NCBI GenBank assembly: GCA_030390025.1
Contig: JASTWF010000367.1
Span: forward strand, 124,001 to 188,000
Source of the DNA: Squalus acanthias
Lineage: Eukaryota
Length of the DNA: 64,000 bases
Reading direction: 5' to 3'
Shown here one piece after another: positions 1 to 15,000 of the stretch. Made by a program: the position numbers and the translations under genes. Below the pieces are notes generated by a model, which worked only from the letters and a program-made list of their open reading frames with translations, had not been told where the DNA came from and ran no database searches. Every line of letters starts with the position of its first letter. Position 1 is the first letter of the stretch.

Positions 1-3000
1 ACTACCTATTACCGTTAATATCCCATCTACTCTAATCCCAACCTCCTGCTCATTACCCATTACCGTTAATATCACACCTAGTCTAATCGCAACCTCCTGC
101 TCACGACCCATTACCGTTAATATCCCATCTAGTCTAATCACAAACTCCTGCTCACGACCCATTACCTTTAATATCCCATCTAGTCTAATCGCAACCTTCT
201 GCTCATTACCCATTACCGTTAATATCCCACCTAGTCTAATTCCAACCTCCTGCTCACTGCCCATTACCGTTAATATCCCACCTAGTCTAATGCCAACCTC
301 CTGCTCACTGCCCATTACTGTTAATATCCCACCTAGTCTAATCCCAACCTCCTGCTCACGAACCATTACCGTTAATATCCCACCGAGTCTAATCCCAACC
401 TCCTGCTCACTACCCATTACTGTTAATATCCCACCTAGTCTAATCCCAACCTCCTGCTCACTGCCCATTACCGTTAATATCCCACCTAGTCTAATCCCAA
501 CCTCCTGCTCACTACCCATTACAGTTAATATCCCACCTAGTCTAATCCCAACCTCCTGCTCACCACCCATTACCGTTAATATCCCACCTAGTCTAATCCC
601 AACCTCCTGCTCACTACCTATTACTGTTAATAACCCACCTAGTCTAATCCCAACCTCCTGCTCACTGCCCATTACCGTTAATATCCCACCTAGTCTAATC
701 CCAACCTCCTGCTCACTGCCCATTACCGTTCATATCCCACCTAGTCTAATCTCAACCACCTGCTCACTACCCATTACCGTTAATATCCCACCTAGTCTAA
801 TCCAAACCTCCTGCTCACTGCCCATTACCGTTAATATCACACCTAGTCTAATCCCAAACTCCTGCTCCTGCCCATTACCGTTAATATCCCAGCTAGTCTA
901 ATCCCAACCTCCTGCTCACTGCCAATGACTGTTAATATCCCACCGAGTCTAATCCCAACCTCCTGCTCACTGCGCATTACCGTTAATATCACACCTAGTC
1001 TAATCCCAACCTCCTGCTCACTTCGCATTACCGTTAATATCACACCTAGTCTAATCCCAACCTCCTGCTCACTACCCATTACCGTTAATATCCCACCTAT
1101 TCTAATCCCAACCTCCTGCTCACTACCCATTACCGTTAATATCACACCTAGTCTAATCCCAACCTCCTGCTCACTGCCCATTACCGTTAGTATCCCACCT
1201 AGTCTAATCCCAAACTCCTGCTCACTATACATTACTGTTAATATCCCACCTAGTCTAATCCCAACCACCTGCTCACTACCCATTATGTTTAATAACCCAC
1301 CGAGTCTAATCCCAACCTCCTGCTCACTGCCCGTTACAATTAATATCCCATCTAGTCTAATCCCAACCTCCTGCTCACGACCCATTACCGTTAATATACC
1401 ACCTAGTCTAATCCCAACATCCTGCTCACTGCCCATTACCGTTAATATCCCACCCAGTCTAATCTCAACCACCTGCTCACTACCCATTACCGTTAATATA
1501 CCACCTAGTCTAATCCCAACCTCCTGCTCACTGCCCATTACCGTTAATATCCCACCCAGTCTAATCCCAACCTCCTGCTCACTGCCCATTACTGTTAATA
1601 TCCCACCTAGTCCAATCCCAACCTCCTGCTCAATACCCATTACTGTTAATATCTCACCTAGTCTAATCCCAACCTACTGCTCACTGTCCATTACCGTTAA
1701 TATCCCACCTAGTATAATCCCAACCTCCTGCTCACTGCCCATTACCGTTAATATCCAACCCAGTCTAATCCCAACCTCCTGCTCACTGCCCATTACTGTT
1801 AATATCCAACCTAGTCTAATCCCAACCTCCTGCTCAATACCCATTACTGTTGATATCTCACCTAGTCTAATCCCAACCTACTGCTCACTGTCCATTACCG
1901 TTAATATCCCACCTAGTCTAATCCCAACCTCCTGCTCAATGCCCATTACCGTTAATATCCCACCTAGTCTAATCCCAACCTCCTGCTCACTACCCATTAC
2001 AGTTAATATCCCACCTAGTCTAATCCCAACCTCTGCTCACTACCCATTACCGTTAATATCCCACCTAGTCTAATCCCAACCTCCTGCTCACTACCCATTA
2101 CAGTTAATATCCCACCTAGTCTAATCCCAACCTCTGCTCACTACCCATTACCGTTAATATCCCACCTAGTCTAATTACAACCTCCTGCTCACTACCCATT
2201 ACCGTTAATATCCCATCTAATCTAATTCCAACCTCCTGCTCACTGCCCATTACCGTTAATATCCCACCTAGTCTAATCCTAACCTCCTGCTCACTGCCCA
2301 TTACCGTTAATATCCCACCCAGTCTAATCTCAACCACCTGCTCACTACCCATTACCGTTAATATACCACCTAGTCTAATCCCAACCTCCTGCTCAATACC
2401 CATTACTGTTGATATCTCACCTAGTCTAATCCCAACCTCCTGCTCACTGAGCATTGCCAGTAATATACCACCTAGTCTAATCCCAGCCTCCTGCTCACTG
2501 CACATTACCGTTAATATCCCAGCTAGTCTAATCCCAAACTCATGCTCACCACCCATTACCGTTAATATCCCACCTAGTCTAATTCCAAACACCTTCTCAC
2601 TGCCCATTACCGTTAAGATCCCACCTAGTCTAATCCCAACCACCTGCTCACTACCTATTACTGTTAATATCCCACCTAGTCTTATCCCAAACTCCAGCTC
2701 ACTGCCCATTATCATTAATATCCCACCTAGTCTAATCCCAACCTACTGCTCACTGCCCATTACCGTTAATATCCCACCTAGTCTAATCCCAACCTCCTGC
2801 TCATGCCCATTACAGTTAATATCCCACCTAGTCTAATCCCAACCTCCTGCTCACTACCCATTACTGTTAATATCCCACCTAGTCTATTCCAACCTCCTGC
2901 TCACTACCCATTACCGTTAATATCCCACCTAGTCTAATCCCAACCTCCTGCTCACTACCCATTACCGTTAATATCCACCTATCTAATCCCAACCTCCTGC

Positions 3001-6000
3001 TCACTGCCCATTACCGTTAATATCCCACCTAGTCTAATCCAACCTCCTGCTCACTGCCTATTACCGTTAATATCCCACCTAGTCTAATCCCAACCTCCTG
3101 CTCACTACCCATTACCGTTAATATCCCACCTAGTCTAATCCCAACCTCCTGCTCACTGCCCATTACCGTTAATATCCACCTAGTCTAATCCCAACCTCCT
3201 GCTCACTGCCCATTACCGTTAATATCCCACCTAGTCTAATCCCAACCTCCTGCTCACTGCCTATTACCGTTAATATCCCATCTACTCTAATCCCAACCTC
3301 CTGCTCATTACCCATTACCGTTAATATCACACCTAGTCTAATCCCAACCTCCTGCTCACGACCCATTACCGTTAATATCCCATCTAGTCTAATCACAACC
3401 TCCTGCTCACGACCCATTACCTTTAATATCCCATCTAGTCTAATCGCAACCTTCTGCTCATTACCCATTACCGTTAATATCCCACCTAGTCTAATCCAAC
3501 CTCCTGCTCACTGCCCATTACCGTTAATATCCCACCGAGTCTAATGCCAACCTCCTGCTCACTGCCCATTACTGTTAATATCCCACCTAGTCTAATCCCA
3601 ACCTCCTGCTCACGAACCATTACCGTTAATATCCCACCGAGTCTAATCCCAACCTCCTGCTCACTACCCATTACTGTTAATATCCCACCTAGTCTAATCC
3701 CAACCTCCTGCTCACTGCCCATTACCGTTAATATCCCACCTAGTCAAATCCCAACCTCCTGCTCACTACCCATTACAGTTAATATCCCACCTAGTCTAAT
3801 CCCAACCTCCTGCTCACCACCCATTACCGTTAATATCCCACCTAGTCTAATCCCAACCTCCTGCTCACTACCTATTACTGTTAATATCCCACCTAGTCTA
3901 ATCCCAACCTCCTGCTCACTGCCCATTACCGTTAATATCCCACCTAGTCTAATCCCAACCTCCTGCTCACTGCCCATTACCGTTAATATCCCACCTAGTC
4001 TAATCCAACCTCCTGCTCACTACCCATTACCGTTAATATCACACCTAGTCTAATCCCAAACTCCTGCTCCTGCCCATTACCGTTAATATCCCAGCTAGTC
4101 TAATCCCAACCTCCTGCTCACTGCCAATTACTGTTAATATCCCACCGAGTCTAATCCCAACCTCCTGCTCACTGCGCATTACCGTTAATATCACACCTAG
4201 TCTAATCCCAACCTCCTGCTCATTTCGCATTACCGTTAATATCACACCTAGTCTAATCCCAACCTCCTGCTCACTACCCATTACCGTTAATATCCCACCT
4301 ATTCTAATCCCAACCTCCTGCTCACTGCCCATTACCGTTAATATCACACCTAGTCTAATCCCAACCTCCTGCTCACTGCCCATTACCGTTAGTATCCCAC
4401 CTAGTCTAATCCCAACCTCCTGCTCACTATACATTACTGTTAATATCCCACCTAGTCTAATCCCAACCACCTGCTCACTACCCATTATGTTTAATAACCC
4501 ACCGAGTCTAATCCCAACCTCCTGCTCACTGCCCATTACAATTAATATCCCATCTAGTCTAATCCCAACCTCCTGCTCACGACCCATTACCGTTAATATA
4601 CCACCTAGTCTAATCCCAACATCCTGCTCACTGCCCATTACCGTTAATATCCCACCCAGTCTAATCTCAACCACCTGCTCACTACCCATTACCGTTAATA
4701 TACCACCTAGTCTAATCGCAACCTCCTGCTCACTGCCCATTACCGTTAATATCCCACCCAGTCTGATCCCAACCTTCTGCTCACTGCCCATTACTGTTAA
4801 TATCCCACCTAGTCCAATCCCAACATCCTGCTCAATACCCATTACTGTTAATATCTCACCTAGTCTAATCCCAACCTACTGCTCACTGTCCATTACCGTT
4901 AATATCCCACCTAGTATAATCCCAACCTCCTGCTCACTGCCCATTACCGTTAATATCCAACCCAGTCTAATCCCAACCTCCTGCTCACTGCCCATTACTG
5001 TTAATATCCAACCTAGTCTAATCCCAACCTCCTGCTCAATACCCATTACTGTTGATATCTCACCTAGTCTAATCCCAAACTACTGCTCACTGTCCATTAC
5101 CGTTAATATCCCACCTAGTCTAATCCCAACCGCCTGCTCAATGCCCATTACCGTTAATATCCCACCTAGTCTAATCCCAACCTCCTGCTCACTACCCATT
5201 ACAGTTAATATCCCACCTAGTCTAATCCCAACCTCTGCTCACTACCCATTACCGTTAATATCCCACCTAGTCTAATCCCAACCTCCTGCTCACTACCCAT
5301 TACAGTTAATATCCCACCTAGTCTAATCCCAACCTCTGCTCACTACCCATTACCGTTAATATCCCACCTAGTCTAATTACAACCTCCTGCTCACTACCCA
5401 TTACCGTTAATATCCCATCTAATCTAATTCCAACCTCCTGCTCACTGCCCATTACCGTTAATATCCCACCTAGTCTAATCCTAACCTCCTGCTCACTGCC
5501 CATTACCGTTAATATCCCACCCAGTCTAATCTCAACCACCTGCTCACTACCCATTACCGTTAATATACCACCTAGTCTAATCCCAACCTCCTGCTCAATA
5601 CCCATTACTGTTAATATCTCACCTAGTCTAATCCCAACCTACTGCTCACTGTCCATTACCGTTAATATCCCACCTAGTCTAATCCCAACCTCCTGCTCAA
5701 TGCCCATTACAGTTAATATCCCACCTAGTCTAATCCCAACCTCCTGCTCACTACCCATTACAGTTAATATCCCACCTAGTCTAATCCCAACCTCTGCTCA
5801 CTACCCATTACCGTTAATATCCCACCTAGTCTAATCCCAACCTCCTGCTCACTACCCATTACAGTTAATATCCCACCTAGTCTATTCCCAACCTCTGCTC
5901 ACTACCCATTACCGTTAATATCCCACCTAATCTAATTACAACCTCCTGCTCACTACCCATGACCGTTAATATCCCATCTAATCTAATTCCAACCTCCTGC

Positions 6001-9000
6001 TCACTGCCCATTACCGTTAATATCCCACCTAGTCTAATCCTAACCTCCTGCTCACTGCCTATTACCGTTAATATCCCATCTAGTCTAATCCCAACCTCCT
6101 GCTCACTGCCCATTACGGTTAGTATCCCACCTAGTCTAATCCCAACCACCTGCTCACGATACATTCCTGTTAATATCCCACCTAGTCTAATCCCAACCAC
6201 CTGCTCACTACTCATTATATTTAATATCCCACCGAGTCTAATCCCAACCTCCTGCTCACTGACCATTACCGTTAATATCCCACCTAGTCTAATCCCAACC
6301 TCCTGCTCACTACCATTACCGTTAATATCCCACCTAGTCTAATCCCAACCTCCTGCTCACTGCCCATTACCGTTAATATCCCACCTAGTCTAATCCAACC
6401 TCCTGCTCACTACCCATTACAGTTAATATCCCACCTAGTCTAATCCCAACCTCCTGCTCACTGCCCATTACTGTTAATATCCCACCTAGTCTAATCCCAA
6501 CCTCCTGCTCAATACCCATTACTGTTAATATCTCACCTAGTCTAATCCCAACCTCCTGCTCACTGTCCATTACCGTTAATATCCCACCTAGTCTAATCCA
6601 ACCTCCTGCTCACTGCCCATTACCGTTAATATCCCACCTAGTCTAATCCCAACCTCCTGCTCACTGCCCATTACTGTTAATATCCAACCTAGTCTAATCC
6701 CAACCTCCTGCTCAATCCCATTACCGTTAATATCTCACCTAGTCTAATCCCAACCTCCTGCTCACTGACCATTACCGTTAATATCCCACCTAGTCTAATC
6801 CCAACCTCCTGCTCACTGCCCATTACCGTTAATATCCCACCTAGTCTAATCCCAACCTCCTGCTCACTGCCCATTACCGTTAGTATCCCACCTAGTCTAA
6901 TCCCAACCTCCTGCTCACTATACATTACTGTTAATATCCCACCTAGTCTAATCCCAACCACCTGCTCACTACCCATTATGTTTAATAACCCACCGAGTCT
7001 AATCCCAACCTCCTGCTCACTGCCCATTACAATTAATATCCCATCTAGTCTAATCCCAACCTCCTGCTCACGACCCATTACCGTTAATATACCACCTAGT
7101 CTAATCCCAACATCCTGCTCACTGCCCATTACCGTTAATATCCCACCCAGTCTAATCTCAACCACCTGCTCACTACCCATTACCGTTAATATACCACCTA
7201 GTCTAATCCCAACCTCCTGCTCACTGCCCATTACCGTTAATATCCCACCCAGTCTAATCCCAACCTCCTGCTCACTGCCCATTACTGTTAATATCCCACC
7301 TAGTCTAATCCCAACCTCCTGCTCAATACCCATTACTGTTAATATCTCACCTAGTCTAATCCCAACCTACTGCTCACTGTCCATTACCGTTAATATCCCA
7401 CCTAGTCTAATCCCAACCTCCTGCTCACTGCCCATTACCGTTAATATCCCACCCAGTCTAATCCCAACCTCCTGCTCACTGCCCATTACTGTTAATATCC
7501 AACCTAGTCTAATCCCAACCTCCTGCTCAATACCCATTACTGTTGATATCTCACCTAGTCTAATCCCAACCTACTGCTCACTGTCCATTACCGTTAATAT
7601 CCCACCTAGTCTAATCCCAACCTCCTGCTCAATGCCCATTACCGTTAATATCCCACCTAGTCTAATCCCAACCTCCTGCTCACTACCCATTACAGTTAAT
7701 ATCCCACCTAGTCTAATCCCAACCTCTGCTCACTACCCATTACCGTTAATATCCCACCTAGTCTAATCCCAACCTCCTGCTCACTACCCATTACAGTTAA
7801 TATCCCACCTAGTCTAATCCCAACCTCTGCTCACTACCCATTACCGTTAATATCCCACCTAGTCTAATTACAACCTCCTGCTCACTACCCATTACCGTTA
7901 ATATCCCACCTAGTCTAATCCCAACCTCCTGCTCACTGCCCATTACCGTTAATATCCCACCTAGTCTAATCCTAACCTCCTGCTCACTGCCCATTACCGT
8001 TAATATCCCACCCAGTCTAATCTCAACCACCTGCTCACTACCCATTACCGTTAATATACCACCTAGTCTAATCCCAACCTCCTGCTCACTACCCATTACT
8101 GTTAATATCCCACCTAGTCTAATCCCAACCTCCTGCTCACTGCCCATTACCAGTTAATATCCCACCTAGTCTAATCCCAACCTCCTGCTCACTGCCCATT
8201 ACGTTAATATCCCAGCTAGTCTAATCCCAACTCATGCTCACCACCCATTACCGTTTAATATCCCACCTAGTCTAATTCCAAACACCTTCTCACTGCCCAT
8301 TACCGTTAAGATCCCACTAGTCTAATCCCAACCACCTGCTCACTACCAATTACTGTAATATCCCAACTAGTCTTATCCCAACTCCAGCTCACTGCCCATT
8401 ATCATTAATATCCCACCTGGTCGGATCCCAAACTACAGCTCACTGCCCATTATCGTTAATATCCTCCTAGTCTATCCAACCTTCTGCTCATTACTCATTA
8501 CCGTTAATATCCCACCTAGTCAAATCACAACCTCCTGGTAACTACCCATTACCGTGAATATCCCACCTAGTCAAATCCCAACCTCCTGCTCACTACCCAT
8601 TACCGTTAAAATCCCACCTAGTCTAATGCCAATCTCCTGCTCACTACCGAATACCGTTAATATCTCTCCTAATATAATCCCAACCTCGTGCGCACAACCC
8701 ATTACTGTTAATATCCCACCTAGTCTAATCCCAACCTCCTGCTCACTGCCCATTACCGTTAATATCCCACCTAGTCTAATCCCAACCTCCTGCTCACTAC
8801 CCATTACCGTTAATATCCCACCTAGTCTAATCCCAACCTCCTGCTCACTGCCCATTACCGTTAATATCCCACCTAGTCTAATCCCAACCTCCTGCTCACT
8901 GCCCATTACCGTTAATATCCCACCTAGTCTAATCCCAACCTCCTGCTCACTACCCATTACCGTTAATATCCCACCTAGTCTAATCCCAACCTCCTGCTCA

Positions 9001-12000
9001 CTACCATTACCGTTAATATCCCACCTAGTCTAATCCCAACCTCCTGCTCACTACCCATTACCGTTAATATCCCACCTAGTCTAATCCCAACCTCCTGCTC
9101 ACTACCCATTACCGTTAATATCCCACCTAGTCTAATCCCAACCTCCTGCTCACTACCCATTACCGTTAATATCCCACCTAGTCTAATCCCAACCTCCTGC
9201 TCACTGCCCATTACCGTTAATATCCCACCGAGTCTAATCCCAACCTCCTGCTCACTGCCCATTACTGTTAATATCCCACCTAGTCTAATCCCAACCTCCT
9301 GCTCACTACCCATTACCGTTAATATCCCACCGAGTCTAATCCCAACCTCCTGCTCACTACCCATTACCGTTAATATCCCACCTAGTCTAATCCCAACCTC
9401 CTGCTCACTGCCCATTACCGTTAATATCCCACCTAGTCTAATCCCAACCTCCTGCTCACTACCCATTACCGTTAATATCCCACCTAGTCTAATCCCAACC
9501 TCCTGCTCACTACCCATTACCGTTAATATCCCACCTAGTCTAATCCCAACCTCCTGCTCACTACCCATTACTGTTAATATCCCACCTAGTCTAATCCCAA
9601 CCTCCTGCTCACTGCCCATTACCGTTAATATCCCACCTAGTCTAATCCCAACCTCCTGCTCACTGCCCATTACCGTTAATATCCCACCTAGTCTAATCCC
9701 AACCTCCTGCTCACTACCCATTACCGTTAATATCCCACCTAGTCTAATCCCAACCTCCTGCTCACTGCCCATTACCGTTAATATCACACCTAGTCTAATC
9801 CCAACCTCCTGCTCACTGCCCATTACCGTTAATATCCCACCTAGTCTAATCCCAACCTCCTGCTCACTGCCAATTACTGTTAATATCCCACCGAGTCTAA
9901 TCCCAACCTCCTGCTCACTGCCCATTACCGTTAATATCACACCTAGTCTAATCCCAACCTCCTGCTCACTTCCCATTACCGTTAATATCACACCTAGTCT
10001 AATCCCAACCTCCTGCTCACTACCCATTACCGTTAATATCCCACCTAGTCTAATCCCAACCTCCTGCTCACTGCCCATTACCGTTAATATCACACCTAGT
10101 CTAATCCCAACCTCCTGCTCACTGCCCATTACCGTTAATATCCCACCTAGTCTAATCCCAACCTCCTGCTCACTATACATTACTGTTAATATCCCACCTA
10201 GTCTAATCCCAACCACCTGCTCACTACCCATTATGTTTAATATCCCACCGAGTCTAATCCCAACCTCCTGCTCACTGCCCATTACAATTAATATCCCATC
10301 TAGTCTAATCCCAACCTCCTGCTCACGACCCATTACCGTTAATATACCACCTAGTCTAATCCCAACATCCTGCTCACTGCCCATTACCGTTAATATCCCA
10401 CCCAGTCTAATCTCAACCACCTGCTCACTACCCATTACCGTTAATATACCACCTAGTCTAATCCCAACCTCCTGCTCACTGCCCATTACCGTTAATATCC
10501 CACCCAGTCTAATCCCAACCTCCTGCTCACTGCCCATTACTGTTAATATCCCACCTAGTCTAATCCCAACCTCCTGCTCAATACCCATTACTGTTAATAT
10601 CTCACCTAGTCTAATCCCAACCTACTGCTCACTGTCCATTACCGTTAATATCCCACCTAGTCTAATCCCAACCTCCTGCTCACTGCCCATTACCGTTAAT
10701 ATCCACCTAGTCTAATCCCAACCTCCTGCTCACTGCCCATTACTGTTAATATCCACCTAGTCTAATCCCAACCTCCTGCTCAATACCCATTACTGTTAAT
10801 ATCTCACCTAGTCTAATCCCAACCTACTGCTCACTGTCCATTACCGTTAATATCCCACCTAGTCTAATCCCAACCTCCTGCTCACTGCCCATTACCGTTA
10901 ATATCCCACCTAGTCTAATCCCAACCTCCTGCTCACTACCCATTACAGTTAATATCCCACCTAGTCTAATCCCAACCTCCTGCTCACTACCCATTACCGT
11001 TAATATCCCACCTAGTCTAATCCCAACCTCCTGCTCACTACCCATTACAGTTAATATCCCACCTAGTCTAATCCCAACCTCTGCTCACTACCCATTACCG
11101 TTAATATCCCACCTAGTCTAATTCCAACCTCCTGCTCACTACCCATTACCGTTAATATCCCACCTAGTCTAATCCCAACCTCCTGCTCACTGCCCATTAC
11201 CGTTAATATCCCACCTAGTCTAATCCAACCTCCTGCTCACTGCCCATTACCGTTAATATCCCACCTAGTCTAATCCCAACCTCCTGCTCACTACCCATTA
11301 CCGTTAATATCCCACCTAGTCTAATCCCAACCTCCTGCTCACTACCCATTACTGTTAATATCCCACCTAGTCTAATCCCAACCTCCTGCTCACTGCCCAT
11401 TACCGTTAATATCCCACCTAGTCTAATCCCAACCTCCTGCTCACTGCCCATTACCGTTAATATCCCACCTAGTCTAATCCCAACCTCCTGCTCACTACCC
11501 ATTACAGTTAATATCCCACCTAGTCTAATCCCAACCTCCTGCTCACTGCCCATTACCGTTAATATCCCACCTAGTCTAATCCCAACCTCCTGCTCACTAC
11601 CCATTACCGTTAATATCCCACCTAGTCTAATCCCAACCTCCTGCTCACTACCCATTACCGTTAATATCGCACCTGGTCTAATCCCATCCTCCTGCTCAAT
11701 GCCCATTACCGTTAATATCCCACCTAGTCTAATCCCAACCTCCTGCTCACGAACCATTACTGTTAATATCCCACCTAGTCTAATCCCAACCTCCTATTCA
11801 TTGCCCATTCCTGTTAATATCCCACCTAGTCTAATCCCAACCGTCAGCTCACTGCCTATTACCGTAAATATCTCACCTAGTCTAATTCCTAACACCTGCT
11901 CACGACCCGTTACCGTTAATATCCCACGGAGTCTAATCCCAACCTCCTGCTCACTGCCCATTACCGTTAATATCCCACCTAGTCTAATCCCAAACTCCTG

Positions 12001-15000
12001 CTCACTGCCCATTACCGTTAATATCCCACCTCGTCTAATCCCAACCTCCTGCTCACTGCCCATTACCGTTAATATCCCACCGAGTCTAATCACTACCTCC
12101 TGCTCAATACCCATTACCATTAATATCCCACCTAGTCTAATCCCAAACTCCAGCTCACTGCCCATTTCTGTTAATATCCCACCTAGTCTAATCACAAGCT
12201 CCTGCGCACTACCCATTACCATTAATATCTCACCTAGTTTAATCCCAACCTTCTGCTCACTACCATTACCTTTAATATCCCACCGAGTCTGATCCCAACC
12301 TCCTGCTCACTGCCCATTACCATTTATATCTCACCTAGTTTCCCAACCTCCTGCTCACTGCCCATTACCGTTATTATACCACCTAGACTAATCCTAACCT
12401 CCTGCTCACAACCCATTACTGTTAATATGCCACCTAGTCTATTCCCAACTGTCTGCTCCCTACCCATTACCGTTAATATCCCACCTAGTCTAATCTCAAC
12501 CAGATGCTCGCTACCCATTACCGTTAATATCCCAACTAGTCGAATCCCAGCCTCCAGCTCGCTTCCCATTACCGTTATTATCCCACCTTGTCGACTCCTA
12601 ACCTCCTGCTCAATGACCATTAACGTTAATATCCCACCTCGTCTAATCGCAAACTCCCACCTACTGCCCATTACCGTTAATATCCCATCTTGTCTAATCC
12701 CAACCTCGTGCTCATTACCCATTACTTTTAATATCCCACCTAGTCTAATCCCAACCTCCTGCTCATTACCCATTACCGTTAATATCCCACCTAGTCTAAT
12801 CCCAACCTCTTGCTCACTACCCATTACAGTTAATATCCCACCTAGTCTAATCACAACCTCCTGCTCACTACTCATTACCATTAATATCCCACCTAATCTT
12901 ATACCAAGCTACTGCTCACTGCCCATTATCGTTAATATCCCGCCTAGTCTAATTCCAACCTCCTGCTCACTACCCATTACCGTTAATATCCCAACTAGTC
13001 TAATCCCAACCTCCTGCTCACTGCCCATTACCGGTAATATCTCACCTAGTCTAATCCCAACCATCTGCTCACTACCCATTACCGTTAATATCCCAACCAG
13101 TCGAATCCCAGCCTGCAGCTCACTACCCATTACCGTTAATATCCCACCTAGTCTAATACCAACCTCCTGCTGACTGCCCATTACCGTTAATATCCCACCT
13201 CGTCTAATCCCAACCTCCCACCTACAGCCCATTACCTTTAATATCCCACCTAGTCTAATCCCAACCTCTTGCTCACTACCCATTACCATTAATATCCCAC
13301 CTCGTCTAATCCCAACCTCCTGCTCACTGCCCATTACCGTTAATATCCCACCGAGTCTAATCCTAACCTCCTGCTCACTGCCCATTACTGTTAATATCCC
13401 ACATAGTCTAATCCCAACCTCCTGCTCACTAATCATTACCGTTAATATCCCACCGAGTCTAATCCCAACCTCCTGCTCACTGCCCATTACCGTTAATATC
13501 CCACCTAGTCGAATCCCAAACTCCTGCTCGCTACCCATTACCGTTAATATCCCACCGAGTCTAATCCCAACCTCCTGCTCACTGCCCATTACCGTTAATA
13601 TCACACCTAGTCTAATCCCAACCTCCTGCTCACTACCCATTACCATTAATATCTCACCGAGTCTAATCCCAACCTCCTGCTCACTGCCCATTACCGTTAA
13701 TATCCCACCTAGTTAAATCCCAACCTCCTGCTCACTGCCCATTACCGTTAATATCGGACCTAGTCTAATCCCAACCTCTTGCTCACTACCAATTACTGTT
13801 AATATCCCACCTACTGTAATCCCAAATTCCTGCTCACTGCCCATTACCGTTAATACCCCACCTAGTCTAATCCCAACCTCCTGCTCACTGCCCATTACCG
13901 TTAATATCCCACCGAGTCTAATCACTACCTCCTGCTCAATACCCATTACCATTAATATCCCACGTATTCTAATCCCAAACTCCAGCTCACTGCCCATTTC
14001 TGTTAATATCCCACCTAGTCTAATCCCAACCTCCTGCTCACTGCCCATTACCATTAATATCCCACCTAGTCTAATCCTAACCTCCTGCTCACTGCCCATT
14101 TCCGTTAATATCCCACCTAGTCTAATCCCAACCTCCTGCTCATTACCCATTACTGTTAATATACCACCTAGTCTAATCCTAACCTCCTGAACACTGCACA
14201 TTACCGTTAATATCCTAGCTGGTCTAATCCCAACCTCCTGCTCACTGCCCATTACCGTTAATATCCCACCTAGTCTAATTCCAACCTCCTGCTCACTACC
14301 CATTACCGTTAATATCCCACCTAGTCTAATCCCAACCTCCTGCTCACTAGCCATTACTGTTAATATCCCACCTAGTCTAATCCCAACCTCCTGCTCACTA
14401 CCATTACTGTTAATATCCCAGCAAGTCTAATCCCAATTTCCTGCTCACTAGCCATTACTGTTAATATCCCACCTAGTCTAATCCCAACCTCCTGCTCACT
14501 ACCCATTCCCATTAATATCTCACCGAGTCTAATCACAACCTCCTGCTCACTGCCCATTACCGTTAATATCCCACCTAGTCTAATCCCAACCTCCTGCTCA
14601 CTACCCATTACCGTTAATATCCCACCGAGTCTAATCCCAACCTCCTGCTCACTGCCCATTACCGTTAGTATCCCACCTAGTCTAATCCCAACCTACTGCT
14701 CACTACCCATTCCCGTTAAAATCACACCTAGTCTAATCCCAACCTCCTGCTCACTACCCATTCCCGTTAATATCCCACCTCGTCTAATCCCAACCCCCTG
14801 CTCACTGCCCATTCCCGTTAAAATCACACCTAGTCTAATCCCAACCTCCTGCTCACTACCCATTACCGTTAAAATCCCACCTAGTCTAATCCGAATCTCC
14901 TGCTCACTACCTATTACCGTTAATATCTCACCTAGTCTAATCCCAACCACCTGCTCACTACCCATTACTGTTAATATCCCACCTTGTCTAATCCCAAACT

